Position numbers and translations under genes: made by a program. A model generated the notes under the pieces. That model did no database searches. It was not told the origin of the DNA and was given only the letters and a program-made list of their open reading frames with translations. This document shows positions 10,595 through 23,702 of a stretch of DNA of 64,000 nucleotides, in pieces (the first letter of the stretch is position 1; every line of letters begins with the position of its first letter). Location: contig JBHHYJ010000001.1 in the NCBI GenBank assembly GCA_046757485.1, forward strand, positions 115,454 to 179,453. The letters are read 5' to 3'. Origin of the DNA: Gemmatimonadota bacterium. GTDB taxonomy: Bacteria; Gemmatimonadota; Gemmatimonadetes; Palauibacterales; Palauibacteraceae.

Positions 10595-10639
10595 AAGGGA
10601 GCGTAGGCAGGAAGGGCCGTCGGGGAGGAGAAAGACCGA

Positions 10640-11062
10640 ATGAGCGCCGAGAGGACGCTCGCCATCGTGAAGCCGGACGCGTTCGGTGACGGCAACGCGG
10701 GCCGCATCCTCGCCCAGCTGGAGGCGGAGGGCTTCCGTCTGCTGGCGGGCCGCGTGATCCGGCTGACCCGGGACCAGGCAAGGGCGTTCTACGCGGTTCA
10801 CGCGGAGAGGCCGTTCTTCCCGTCCCTCGTGGAGTTCATGACGTCCGGTCCCTGCCTGGCCGTGGCGTTGGAGCGGGAGGGGGCGGTGGCCCACCTCCGG
10901 AGGGTCGTCGGCGCGACGGATCCGGCCGAGGCGGCTCCCGAGACGATCCGGGCCCGATACGCGGAGAGCAAGCAACGGAACGCCATTCACGCCTCGGACT
11001 CGGCCGAGACGGCGCGGCAGGAGATCTCCTTTTTCTTTTCCGGCCTGGATCTCGAAGCCTGA
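10640..11062 (+). CDS. ndk: nucleoside diphosphate kinase
   Basis: The 140 aa protein begins ERTLAIVKPDA and carries the catalytic NAIHASDS motif. A good RBS precedes the start. Confidence 0.9.
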   Translation: MSAERTLAIVKPDAFGDGNAGRILAQLEAEGFRLLAGRVIRLTRDQARAFYAVHAERPFFPSLVEFMTSGPCLAVALEREGAVAHLRRVVGATDPAEAAPETIRARYAESKQRNAIHASDSAETARQEISFFFSGLDLEA

Positions 11063-11108
11063 GGGCGGGACGGCGCTCCTCTCGTCTCGTGGGGCGCGGA
11101 GGCGCGAA

Positions 11109-11137
11109 TTGACAGTCCGAAAGCCGGAGATTACATA
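11109..11137 (+). promoter_or_regulatory. sigma-70-like promoter candidate for the yceD-rpmF-plsX-fab operon
   Basis: TTGACA (11109-11114), a 17-nt spacer, then TACATA (11132-11137). It lies about 15 nt upstream of the yceD ATG. Confidence 0.4.
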
Positions 11138-11151
11138 GAGCGGCTATCCCG

Positions 11152-11652
11152 ATGCTCGCAGTCGATTTGAGGGAGCTCCGACACGGGGCCGTCGTCTGGG
11201 AGGAGCGGCTCGCCGAGCCCGGTAGCGTGTGGCGTGACGTGGGCCTACGGTTCGTCGGGCCGGCGCGCCTTCGAGCCCGGGCAGAGCTTTCCCCGGCCGA
11301 CGGAGTCCGCCTGACGGGCAGGCTGGAAGGGAGCATCGCCCTCCAGTGCCGGCGGTGCCTGGCGGAGCTCGAACGGCCGCTGGCGGTGCCGCTCGATCTG
11401 TGGTTCCGCCCGGCCCCGAAGGGCACCGGAGCGGATGAAGCGGGGTATCGGTTCGATCCGCACGCTCGTCGTCTGGAGCTCGCGCCGGTGCTTCGGGAGG
11501 AGCTGGTCCTGGCAGCCCCGCAGTACCCGGTGTGCCGCCCGGAGTGCGCGGGCCTGTGCCCGAGCTGCGGAGCGAGGCGCGACGACCAGGGGTGCGACTG
11601 TTCCTTCGAGGAGCCCGACCCGCGGTGGGACGAGCTCCGGGCGCGGCGTTGA
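11152..11652 (+). CDS. yceD: YceD/DUF177 family protein (large ribosomal subunit accumulation)
   Basis: Cys pairs CRRCL...CPSCGA typical of DUF177. Its position immediately upstream of rpmF-plsX is conserved. Confidence 0.75.
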   Translation: MLAVDLRELRHGAVVWEERLAEPGSVWRDVGLRFVGPARLRARAELSPADGVRLTGRLEGSIALQCRRCLAELERPLAVPLDLWFRPAPKGTGADEAGYRFDPHARRLELAPVLREELVLAAPQYPVCRPECAGLCPSCGARRDDQGCDCSFEEPDPRWDELRARR

Positions 11653-11673
11653 ACGCAACGGCGAGAGGCATAC

Positions 11674-11856
11674 ATGGCGGTACCAAAGAGACGAACGTCG
11701 AAGCAGAGGAAGCGAAAGCGCCGAACGCACTACCGCGGACGGGCACAGGCGCACCAGTCGTGCCCGCGGTGCGGAGACCCGCGGCGCCCTCACCGGGTGT
11801 GCCCCAACTGCGGGCACTACGGCGGCGAGGAGGTCGTCCGGGTGGAGGAGTTCTAG
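11674..11856 (+). CDS. rpmF: 50S ribosomal protein L32
   Basis: The protein begins [17 protein letters not shown] and carries the zinc-ribbon CPRC...CPNC. Confidence 0.9.
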   Translation: MAVPKRRTSKQRKRKRRTHYRGRAQAHQSCPRCGDPRRPHRVCPNCGHYGGEEVVRVEEF

Positions 11857-11894
11857 CAGGTCGCTGACAAACGGTCTCGAGCGGCGAGGGCTCC

Positions 11895-12890
11895 ATGTAC
11901 CGAATAGCCCTCGACAGCATGGGGGGAGACGACGCCCCGGGCGCTCCCGTGGCCGGAGCGGCCGCGGCGCTCCGCGCAGCGGGAGATGAGCTGGAGATCC
12001 TCGCCGTGGGAGATCCCGAAGCGATCCGGTGTGCCGTGGGAGAGCATCCCGAGGTGGATCCGGATCGCTTCCGGATCCTTCCGGCGCGGGAGATGATCGA
12101 ACCGCAGGAGCCTCCCGCCCTGGCCGTTCGGCGGAAGCGTGACAGCTCGATCGTGGTCGGCCTCGAGACCCTGCGCCGGGGGGAGGCGGATGCGTTCGTC
12201 TCGGCCGGCTCGACCGGGGCCGTCATGGCGGCCTCTCTCCTCATTCTCGGACCTCTTCCCGGCGTAGACCGGCCGGCCGTCGGCGCGATGTTTCCGACCT
12301 CGGACGGCCCGACGCTCGTGCTGGACGTCGGGGCGAACGTGGGTTCGCGGCCCGAGCACCTGCACCAGTTTGCCCGCCTCGGATCGATGTACGTCCGGGA
12401 TCTACGCCGGGTCGCTGCTCCGCGAGTCGGACTCCTCAACGTGGGAGAGGAAGCGAAGAAGGGAGACGATCTCGCGGTGGCCACCTACCGCCTGCTGCAC
12501 TCGGACCCCGTGCTGCACTTCGTCGGGAACGTCGAGGGGCACGAGATCATCCAGGGACGCTGCGAGGTCCTCGTGTGTGACGGGTTCGCCGGCAACGTTC
12601 TGCTGAAGTTCTACGAGTCGGTCGCCGGCTTCGTGCTGGGCCTCCTGCACGGAGGCTCCGCCGGGGCCGACGCGGAGCTCCGCGAGATCTTTCGCTTCCT
12701 GGACTACGCCGAGTACGGCGGGGCTCCGCTTCTGGGAGTGGACGGGGTGTCGATCATCTGCCATGGGGCATCCTCTCCCCGGGCGATGAAGAACGCGATC
12801 GGCGTGGCGGTAGAGGCCGTCCGTTCGGAGATCATCCGCGACATGACCCAGGATCTGGAACGGCTTCGGGGTGGAGGCGGACGGGAGTGA
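11895..12890 (+). CDS. plsX: phosphate acyltransferase PlsX
   Basis: The protein begins MYRIALDSMGGD, which is PlsX-like. Its position after rpmF is conserved. Confidence 0.9.
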   Translation: MYRIALDSMGGDDAPGAPVAGAAAALRAAGDELEILAVGDPEAIRCAVGEHPEVDPDRFRILPAREMIEPQEPPALAVRRKRDSSIVVGLETLRRGEADAFVSAGSTGAVMAASLLILGPLPGVDRPAVGAMFPTSDGPTLVLDVGANVGSRPEHLHQFARLGSMYVRDLRRVAAPRVGLLNVGEEAKKGDDLAVATYRLLHSDPVLHFVGNVEGHEIIQGRCEVLVCDGFAGNVLLKFYESVAGFVLGLLHGGSAGADAELREIFRFLDYAEYGGAPLLGVDGVSIICHGASSPRAMKNAIGVAVEAVRSEIIRDMTQDLERLRGGGGRE

Positions 12891-13819
12891 GCGTCGCGCT
12901 GCTCTTTCCCGGCCAGGGATCGCAGTACGTGGGGATGGGAAAGGACCTGGCCGCGGCGTATGCCGACACCCGTCAGCTGTACGAGCGAGCGGACGAGACG
13001 CTCGGCGTGCGCCTCAGCCGAATCAGCTGGGAGGGTCCACCCGAGGCGTTGACGCGGACCGAGAACGCTCAGCCCGCCATCCTGCTGCACGGATACGCGG
13101 TCTTCCGGCTCCTTCCGGCGCACGTGCGAAGGGCCGCCATCGTGGCGGCAGGCCACTCGCTGGGCGAGCTCACGGCACACCTGGCGGCGGGCACGTTCAG
13201 CTTCGAAGACGCCCTGCGGCTCGTGCGTGAGCGGGGCCGGCTGATGGCGGACGCCGGTGAGCGTCGCCCGGGCACCATGTCGGCGATCCTGGGCCTCGAC
13301 CACGCGGCCGTGGCATCGCTGTGCGAGGCGGTGACGGAGGGGATCGTCGTGCCGGCCAACTTCAACTCCGATTCCCAGGTCGTGATCAGCGGGGACGTGG
13401 CGGCCGTGGCGCGTGCGGAGGCACGGGCCCGCGAGGCGGGGGCGCGACGCGTCGTGCGGCTGAACGTGAGCGGGGCGTTCCACTCCCCGCTCATGGAGCA
13501 GGCCCGCGAGGGACTGGGCGAGGAGCTCCGTCGAGTGGAGATAGCGGAGCCCTCCTTTCCCGTCGTCTCGAACGCCTGGGGAAGCTGTGTCACGCGGGTG
13601 GACGAGGTCCGCCGGAGCCTGATGGAGCAGCTTACCGTTCCGGTCCGCTGGACGGATTGTCTGCGAACGATGGCCGAACGGGAGCCCGCGGTGTGGCTGG
13701 AGCTCGGTCCGGGCGGCGTGCTCTCCGGACTCCTGCGGCGGATGGACCGCGCCCGGCAGGCGACGGCGATCGGGACGCTGGAGGAGCTGGAGGGATTCTG
13801 CGAGGCCGAGGAGGCGTGA
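12887..13819 (+). CDS. fabD: malonyl CoA-ACP transacylase
   Basis: LLFPGQGSQYVGMG at the N-terminus, the GHSLGE active-site Ser motif, and an ATGA overlap with plsX. Confidence 0.9.
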   Translation: MSVALLFPGQGSQYVGMGKDLAAAYADTRQLYERADETLGVRLSRISWEGPPEALTRTENAQPAILLHGYAVFRLLPAHVRRAAIVAAGHSLGELTAHLAAGTFSFEDALRLVRERGRLMADAGERRPGTMSAILGLDHAAVASLCEAVTEGIVVPANFNSDSQVVISGDVAAVARAEARAREAGARRVVRLNVSGAFHSPLMEQAREGLGEELRRVEIAEPSFPVVSNAWGSCVTRVDEVRRSLMEQLTVPVRWTDCLRTMAEREPAVWLELGPGGVLSGLLRRMDRARQATAIGTLEELEGFCEAEEA

Positions 13820-13822
13820 GGA

Positions 13823-14560
13823 ATGCAGGAACTGGAGGCGAAGGTGGCGGTCGTGACGGGCGGCTCGCGGGGCATCGGGTTCGCCATCGCGGAGGAGCTC
13901 GCCGCGGCCGGCGCTCGAGTGGCGGTCGTGGGGCGGGACGCGGAACGCGCCGGCGGGGCGGCGTCGGCGCTCGGAGGGGGAGGAGGCAGGGGCTTCGCGT
14001 GTGACGTCTCGCGGGGCGAAGCGTGCTCGCGACTGGTGAAGCGGGTGGAGGAGGAGCTCGGTCCGGTGGCGATCCTGGTGAACAACGCCGGGATCACCCG
14101 GGACAACATCCTCGTTCGCATGCGCGACGAGGAGTGGAGAAAGGTTCTGGAGACGAACCTGTCGGGCGCGTTCTTCATGATGCGGGCCGTGGCCCGAGGC
14201 ATGATGAAGCGGCGGGAAGGCCGCATCGTGAACATCTCGAGCGTGGTGGGCTTGACGGGAAACCGCGGCCAGCCAAACTATGCGGCGTCCAAGGCGGGCC
14301 TCATTGCCCTCACGAAGTCGGTGGCGCAGGAGCTGGCCAGCCGAAACGTGCTGGTGAACGCCGTGGCGCCCGGTTTCATCGAAACGGAGATGACGTCGGA
14401 ACTCTCCGAAGGGGCACGTGCGGCCCTGTTCGAGCGTATACCGCTCGGCCGGTTCGGGACACCGGCGGATGTCGCAGGCCTGGTCCGCTACCTGGTCGGG
14501 CCGACGGCCTCCTACATCACGGGACAGGTCTTCGTGGTGGACGGTGGCATGGTGATGTGA
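13823..14560 (+). CDS. fabG: 3-oxoacyl-ACP reductase
   Basis: SDR family protein with VTGGSRGIG and NNAGITRD motifs and the YAASKAG catalytic Tyr/Lys. It lies in the fab operon. Confidence 0.9.
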   Translation: MQELEAKVAVVTGGSRGIGFAIAEELAAAGARVAVVGRDAERAGGAASALGGGGGRGFACDVSRGEACSRLVKRVEEELGPVAILVNNAGITRDNILVRMRDEEWRKVLETNLSGAFFMMRAVARGMMKRREGRIVNISSVVGLTGNRGQPNYAASKAGLIALTKSVAQELASRNVLVNAVAPGFIETEMTSELSEGARAALFERIPLGRFGTPADVAGLVRYLVGPTASYITGQVFVVDGGMVM

Positions 14561-14608
14561 TGGGCCGCAGGGCCGATCCGTTCGCATCTCTTTGAGAGGA
14601 GGGTTCCG

Positions 14609-14845
14609 ATGTCCGAAATCGCGGCGCGTGTGAAGGAAATCATCGCTCAGGAACTGGGCGTCGAGCAGGAGAAGGTTACCGAGGAAGCGTCCTTCGTCGA
14701 AGATCTGGGAGCGGACTCGCTGGACACGGTCGAGCTCGTGATGGCGTTCGAGGAGGAGTTCGGAATCGAGATTCCGGACGAGGACGCCGAGCAGATGCAG
14801 ACGGTGGGGGATGCGATCTCCTACCTGGACGCCAAGCAGGAGTAG
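14609..14845 (+). CDS. acpP: acyl carrier protein
   Basis: The 78 aa protein carries the [14 protein letters not shown] phosphopantetheine-Ser motif. A GAGAGGAGG RBS precedes the start. Confidence 0.95.
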   Translation: MSEIAARVKEIIAQELGVEQEKVTEEASFVEDLGADSLDTVELVMAFEEEFGIEIPDEDAEQMQTVGDAISYLDAKQE

Positions 14846-14878
14846 GGTAGGGGACGGGAGCTGGCCCGGAGACGGCCG

Positions 14879-16128
<1,250 letters not shown>

Positions 16129-16132
<4 letters not shown>

Positions 16133-16584
16133 ACCCGCCACCCAAAGTCCTCCTCCTCATCGGTTCGGAATCGGATCGACCGATCATGGAGCCGGGTGTG
16201 GCGATCCTCCGGGAGCACGGCGTGGAGGTCGAAGTGGCCGTGAGCAGCGCGCATCGGCATCCGGAGCGGACGGTGAACCTGGCCTCCGGCGCTCGAGCCT
16301 CTGGGACCGATGTGATCATCTGTGGGGCGGGACTCTCGGCGGCGCTGCCGGGAGTCGCGGCTGCCCACACGGACCTCCCCGTCATAGGAGTTCCGATCGC
16401 CGCCGGCACGCTGGGCGGCATAGATGCCCTCCTTTCGATCGCCCAGATGCCTCCGGGCGTCCCCGTGGCCACGGTGGGGATCAACGCGGCCGCGAACGCG
16501 GCGTATCTGGCCCTGCGCATTCTGCGCGGAGGAGCCCTCCTCACGGCGGCGGCCGATTCCGACGCGTCCTCGAAGGCTCTGTAG
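16129..16584 (+). CDS. purE: N5-carboxyaminoimidazole ribonucleotide mutase
   Basis: KVLLLIGSESD and GAGLSAALPGVAAAHTDLPVIGVP match PurE. The ATG at 16129 overlaps the fabF stop (ATGA). An alternative GTG lies at 16120. Confidence 0.85.
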
Positions 16585-16609
16585 CCCTCCTCCCGGGTAG
16601 CACCGGTCG

Positions 16610-17155
16610 ATGCGGGTCGGAATCGGTCTCGATGTCCACTCCCCCCGGGCCGGCACTCCTCTGCCATCGGGCGGGGGCCCGGCGGACGAAGAGGTCGGTT
16701 CGGAGGCGGGGGACGGCCGGGAGGTCCCCATCTGCCGGGCGGTGGCGGATGCCCTGCTGGGAGCGGGGGGTCTGGGAGGCGTATGCGAGCAGCTGGCCGA
16801 GGACGAGGGGGGAGCTGCCGGCGGCCCCCTGGGGCTCCTGGCGAACGCCGTTCGCCTTCTCGAGGAGGAGAACTACCAGGTGGTGAACGTGGACGTGCTC
16901 GTCGCGGAGGCCCCGTCCTCTCCGAACGCCGATCCCGGCCGGACCGCCCGGCTGACCGCCGAGCTGCGAACGGTGGCGGCGCGGCTGGCCGAGGTGGTGC
17001 ACACGGCGCCCCACCAGGTGTGTGTCAGGCGATCGCCCGCGGGAGGATTCATCGGCACGCCGGGGGGAGATCAGGTGGCCGTTCTGGCCGTCGTTCTGGT
17101 GAACCAGATGCAGGATATCGACGTCGTTCACGCCACGATGCGTTCGGGAGGGTAG
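16610..17155 (+). CDS. ispF: 2-C-methyl-D-erythritol 2,4-cyclodiphosphate synthase
   Basis: MRVGIGLDVH at the N-terminus, then ADALLGAGGLG and NVDVLVAEAP. These match the IspF metal- and substrate-binding motifs. Confidence 0.75.
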   Translation: MRVGIGLDVHSPRAGTPLPSGGGPADEEVGSEAGDGREVPICRAVADALLGAGGLGGVCEQLAEDEGGAAGGPLGLLANAVRLLEEENYQVVNVDVLVAEAPSSPNADPGRTARLTAELRTVAARLAEVVHTAPHQVCVRRSPAGGFIGTPGGDQVAVLAVVLVNQMQDIDVVHATMRSGG

Positions 17156-17262
17156 TGCCCCCCTCCGGAGGTCACGGCACCGGATGACGGCGTGGCTGTC
17201 GAGAGCCTGCCGGGTGGGACCGCCGAGCGGGCCGGGGTGCGTGGAACGGAAGGCAGCGGGGG

Positions 17263-17946
17263 GTGCGAGTGCTTGAACGCCTGGAGCACCTCCTCCTCCT
17301 CGCCGCCAGCTCGCCGCTCACCCTTCTCTACATCTTCTTGGGACTCGGCGCGGCGGCGGAGAACCTGTTTCCCCCCGTGCCGTCGGACACGTTCGTGCTG
17401 CTCGGCGCGATCCTGGCGGACCGCGGCGTGCTGGATCCGTGGCTCGTACTGGGTGTCGCGTGGGGGAGCAACGTGGCACTGGCGCTCACGGTGTACGCCA
17501 TGGCCCGCAAGTACGGCCGGGGAATCTTCCAGACCCGGTGGGGACATTGGCTGCTCCGTCCCCACCAGTTGGACCGTCTGGCCGGGTTCTACGTGCGGTA
17601 CGGCCTGGCCACGATCTTCGGGAGCCGTTTCCTTCCCGTGTTTCGCGTTCTCGTTCCGGCGTTCGCGGGGATCTCACGGCTCGGATTCTGGCGCACCGCG
17701 GTGCCGCTGTCTCTGGCATCGGGGATCTGGTACGGGGTTCTCGTCCTGGCCGGCCTGCTCGCTTCCCGCAACCTGCCGCGGCTTCTGGGCGTCTTCGACG
17801 CGGTGAACGACTGGCTGCTGGCCGTGGCTCTGTTGCTTCTCCTCCTCGTCTCCCTCTGGTGGTGGAGAACGCGGCGGGCGCGCCGGGAGGGAGAGCGGGG
17901 AACCTCGCGGGACCGAAACCGTGCGGCCAGTGGCGGCGACCGTTGA
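17263..17946 (+). CDS. DedA/SNARE-associated (TVP38/TMEM64) family membrane protein
   Basis: Polytopic protein with the DedA signature region GAAAENLFPPVPSDTFVLLGAILA. GTG start. Confidence 0.75.
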   Translation: MRVLERLEHLLLLAASSPLTLLYIFLGLGAAAENLFPPVPSDTFVLLGAILADRGVLDPWLVLGVAWGSNVALALTVYAMARKYGRGIFQTRWGHWLLRPHQLDRLAGFYVRYGLATIFGSRFLPVFRVLVPAFAGISRLGFWRTAVPLSLASGIWYGVLVLAGLLASRNLPRLLGVFDAVNDWLLAVALLLLLLVSLWWWRTRRARREGERGTSRDRNRAASGGDR

Positions 17947-18854
17947 CCGTCTCCCCTGCCGCCGGGAGCGGGTCTCAGCTGGAGCCGTACGGGGAGTATC
18001 TGGAGTACGAGCGAGGGCTGGCCTCTCGGACCGTGAAGGCGTACCTGGGCGACTGTAGGAGCTTCACCCGCTTCGCTGCGGATCGGGGGTTGGATCGGCC
18101 GGAGGAGGCGGGGTTCGATCTCCTGAGGGAGTTCGTGGCCGAGTTGACGCGGCAGGGTCTGACGGGCTCGACGGTGGCCCGCAAGATCTCCGCCCTGCGT
18201 AGCTTCTTCGGCTTCCTGGTCCAGGAAGGGGTCATCCGGGACGACCCGACGGAGAAGTTGGAGGCCCCCCGCCGGGTCCGATCGCTACCCGACGTTCTTT
18301 CCGTCTACGAGGTCGAGCGTCTCCTGACGGGGATCCCGGTGCACGACCCGCTCGCGTTCCGGGATAGAGCGATTATCGAAGTGCTGTATGGATCAGGCCT
18401 TCGAGTTTCTGAGCTCATACAGCTTCGAACGAGAGATCTGCACCTGGAAGAGGGAGTCCTTCAGGTGCTGGGCAAGGGCTCGCGCGAGAGACTCGTCCCC
18501 GTCGGAGCGGGTGCGCGGGCCGCGTTGTCACGGTACCTTCGAGAGTTGCGACCTCGCCTGGACAGGGGCGAGTCCCGGGGAACCGTCTTCCTGAGTCGCC
18601 ACGGGAGGCCGCTCAGTCGAATGGGGGTGTGGAAGATCCTCAAGCGTCAAGTGGAGCGGGCGGAGCTCCGGAAGCGTGTGACTCCCCATACGCTCCGGCA
18701 CACCTTCGCCACGCACCTGCTGGAGGGAGGAGCCGACCTGGCGGCGGTGCAGGAGATGTTGGGGCACGCCGACATCTCCACGACGGAGATCTATACCCAC
18801 GTGGACCGGAGCTATCTGCGGGAGGTGCACCGTTCCTGCCATCCGCGGGGCTGA
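17943..18854 (+). CDS. xerD: site-specific tyrosine recombinase XerD/XerC
   Basis: The C-terminal catalytic region reads HTLRHTFATHLLEGGADL...GHADISTTEIYTHV. The N-terminal SAM-like domain reads LEYERGLASRTVKAYLGD. A TTG at 17943 overlapping the DedA stop is the only plausible start. The upstream part of the supplied ORF overlaps the DedA gene. Confidence 0.8.
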   Translation: MTVSPAAGSGSQLEPYGEYLEYERGLASRTVKAYLGDCRSFTRFAADRGLDRPEEAGFDLLREFVAELTRQGLTGSTVARKISALRSFFGFLVQEGVIRDDPTEKLEAPRRVRSLPDVLSVYEVERLLTGIPVHDPLAFRDRAIIEVLYGSGLRVSELIQLRTRDLHLEEGVLQVLGKGSRERLVPVGAGARAALSRYLRELRPRLDRGESRGTVFLSRHGRPLSRMGVWKILKRQVERAELRKRVTPHTLRHTFATHLLEGGADLAAVQEMLGHADISTTEIYTHVDRSYLREVHRSCHPRG

Positions 18855-18860
18855 ATCGGC

Positions 18861-19394
18861 GTGAGTCGGGCGTCCCGAGTCCTCAGTCTGGCCCGCAACC
18901 GCCGCGCCGTGAGACGATTCGAGGAGCGATCGATTCCGGGCGAGGCGCTGGAGTGCGTTCTGGACTGCGCGCGGTATGCCCCGTCCGCCAAGGAAGCGCA
19001 GCCGTGGCGATTCGTGATCCTGCGGGACGCTCTTTCACGCCATCGAATCGCCGCGGCCGCGTTCAACCATCCTCACCTGCGGACCGCGCCGATCGTGATC
19101 CTGTGCTGTGCCCGCATCCACTCCCATGTGAGCGGGACGGGCCGCCCGAGCTACCCGGCCGACTTGGCGGCGGCGGTTCAGAGCATGCTGCTCGCGGCCG
19201 CGGATCTGGGGCTGGCGTCGAGCTGGATCCCCGGGTTTCGAGAGGAGGCCGTGCGGGAGGCCGTGGGCGCACCCGCCGACGTGCCGGTGGTGGCCATTCT
19301 GGCCCTGGGATATCCGGACGGGCTCGAGGCGCTCCCGGAGCGCCGGCCGCGGGAAGAGGTCGTCGTCTGGGATCACTGGCAGGGCGGCCGGTGA
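18861..19394 (+). CDS. nitroreductase family protein
   Basis: RRAVRRFEERSIP...CARYAPSAKEAQPWRFV matches the FMN-binding nitroreductase N-terminal motif. GTG start. Confidence 0.75.
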   Translation: MSRASRVLSLARNRRAVRRFEERSIPGEALECVLDCARYAPSAKEAQPWRFVILRDALSRHRIAAAAFNHPHLRTAPIVILCCARIHSHVSGTGRPSYPADLAAAVQSMLLAAADLGLASSWIPGFREEAVREAVGAPADVPVVAILALGYPDGLEALPERRPREEVVVWDHWQGGR

Positions 19395-20881
19395 GAGGGT
19401 CAGGGTCGGTGGCCCGCGGGACGCTCGCCGGGCTGCTGGCAATCGGCGTCGCCCTGCCCGCCGTCGGCCAGGAGGTGCGCTTCGAACCCGACCGGGAGAG
19501 CGCCCCTCAGAGAGCCCTCGCCCGCTTCCTCGCCACGGAGAGCTACCGGATCTGGGCGCGCGACACGATCCTCGCGCGGCCCGACACGGTCTTCGAGAGC
19601 CTCCTGGTGCTGGAGGCTTCCGTGCGCGTTGCGGGGACGGTGCGGGGGAGCATCTACGTCGTGGACGGAGATCTCTTCCTCCGTCCCGGAGCGCACATCT
19701 CGGGGGACGTGGTGGTGCTGGGCGGAGGGTATTACCGCTCCGGCCTGGCGGAAGTTCGCGGCGGGGTCACGTACCGGCCGAACGAGCCGCTGCGGGTGCT
19801 GCCCGAGGAAGGAGGGTATCGGATCTTCTCCGTGCTGGAGCCCCCGAGAGTGTTTCGGCTCGCGGGCCTGTACGGCCTCCGGGCGCCGACGTATCAGCGG
19901 GTGGACGGGTGGACGTTCGAGGTCGGCGGCCGGCTGCAAGCCTCTCGGTGGCCGGGAAAGCCGGAGCTGCGAGGCTCGTTTCGGCTCACGACGACGGGTG
20001 AGGATTTCGAGGCGTCGGGACGGCAGATCTGGCATCCCGGCCGCAGGATCCGGGTGGGAGTGGAGGGGGGAAGGGAGACCCGCACGAACGAAGCATGGAT
20101 CCGGCCGAGCCTCTCGAACACCCTTTCGTTTCTCGCCACGGGGAGCGACTACCGGAACTACTACGGAGCCGATTTCGCGAGCCTCTTCTTCGAGGTGGGC
20201 GACCGCAGGGGATGGAGCGGCCGCCTGGCGGCCGGCTGGGAGGACGACCGGAGCCTCATCGCCCGGGATCGGACGATCCTTTTTGACGACGACGAGGTGA
20301 AGCCCAATCCCCCGGTGGACGACGGGGACATCTACAGCCTGCACGCGGTCCTGGACTACCATCGACGGAGTGGGGGCGTACGACGGAGCCTGCACCTCCA
20401 TGTGGAGGGCGCCACACAGGACGTGGCGGGGGATCTCTCCTTCCTCATGGGCGAGGGCCAGTTTTTTCTGCGCCAGCCCGTCGTGGGAGGGCACTCCGTG
20501 GAGCTTATGGCGATCAGCCGTGGCGATCTGGCCGGGAGGCTCCCGCAACAGAGATGGTCGGCGATCGGTGGCGTCGGGACGTTGCCCACCTTTCCGATCC
20601 TCCAGCTGCGCGGAGAGCGGATGTTCCTGGGCGAGGTCACGTGGCTGATCCCCGTCCCGCTGCTGGACATTCCGCAGATCGGACCGACCGAGCTCTTGCT
20701 GCGGGGGGCGATCGGGTCGGCCTGGAGCGAGGGGGAACCCCTGCACGCGGAGCAGAACGTGATGATCGGCCTGCGGATCCTTCTGTGGGAATTCGGCCTG
20801 GCCGCCGATCCCGGCGTCTCGGACGGAGACCTGCAGTTCTCTCTCGTCGGCCGCTGGCCTCGTTCGCTTCGGGGGCGCTAG
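19391..20881 (+). CDS. secreted protein with a bactofilin-like (polymer-forming) N-terminal domain and a beta-rich C-terminal domain
   Basis: A GTG at 19391 overlaps the nitroreductase stop (GTGA). It has a signal-peptide-like N-terminus (RGSGSVARGTLAGLLAIGVALPAVGQE). Next comes a bactofilin-like segment (GSIYVVDGDLFLRPGAHISGDVVVLGGG). The remaining roughly 350 aa are rich in aromatic and Gly residues. Confidence 0.6.
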   Translation: MRGSGSVARGTLAGLLAIGVALPAVGQEVRFEPDRESAPQRALARFLATESYRIWARDTILARPDTVFESLLVLEASVRVAGTVRGSIYVVDGDLFLRPGAHISGDVVVLGGGYYRSGLAEVRGGVTYRPNEPLRVLPEEGGYRIFSVLEPPRVFRLAGLYGLRAPTYQRVDGWTFEVGGRLQASRWPGKPELRGSFRLTTTGEDFEASGRQIWHPGRRIRVGVEGGRETRTNEAWIRPSLSNTLSFLATGSDYRNYYGADFASLFFEVGDRRGWSGRLAAGWEDDRSLIARDRTILFDDDEVKPNPPVDDGDIYSLHAVLDYHRRSGGVRRSLHLHVEGATQDVAGDLSFLMGEGQFFLRQPVVGGHSVELMAISRGDLAGRLPQQRWSAIGGVGTLPTFPILQLRGERMFLGEVTWLIPVPLLDIPQIGPTELLLRGAIGSAWSEGEPLHAEQNVMIGLRILLWEFGLAADPGVSDGDLQFSLVGRWPRSLRGR

Positions 20882-20915
20882 GGCTCCTGGCAGCCTGTGG
20901 AAAACCCCCGAGGGC

Positions 20916-20940
20916 CGCCGGCACCGTTCGGGCGCCGGCG
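20916..20940 (+). terminator. GC-rich hairpin downstream of the secreted-protein gene
   Basis: CGCCGGCACC-gttcg-GGCGCCGGCG forms a 10-bp stem with one mismatch. It lies 35 nt after the stop and has no U-tract. Confidence 0.3.
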
Positions 20941-20977
20941 CGGGTCCGGAGCGAACCGCGGCCGGGCCGCTCGTTCT

Positions 20978-21006
20978 TTGACTTCCCATATCGGGCCGCC
21001 TACCTT
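20978..21006 (+). promoter_or_regulatory. weak sigma-70-like promoter candidate for the kdsB-pyrG-kds-lpt-rpoN gene block
   Basis: TTGACT (20978-20983), a 17-nt spacer, then TACCTT (21001-21006). It lies in the only long gap (361 bp) upstream of kdsB. The -10 element is poor. Confidence 0.25.
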
Positions 21007-21242
21007 TGCGCCGTGCGGAGGGACGCGTACCGGATGCGCTCGTTCTACCGGCCCGGGAGCGGTGTGAACCGCTCTCGAAGGAGCTCCGGCAAGGGGTTCC
21101 CGGCACCGCTAGCCCCTCGCGGTTCCACCTGCCTGCCACACGGCGCGGCGCTCTCTCTCCGCGCATCCCCCGCCGGCGCATCGTCGCCTGACCTGGCACT
21201 CCCCGTAGGGCTCCGTCGTGGCCGCCTCGCCGCGGGCCTCCG

Positions 21243-23694
<2,452 letters not shown>

Positions 23695-23702
23695 CCGACC
23701 CG

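Noticed and set aside
17943-18854. Tyrosine recombinase as a marker of an integrated mobile element
   Set aside because: The protein has XerD/XerC housekeeping features. The neighbourhood is core metabolism with no att-like repeats, phage genes or GC shift.
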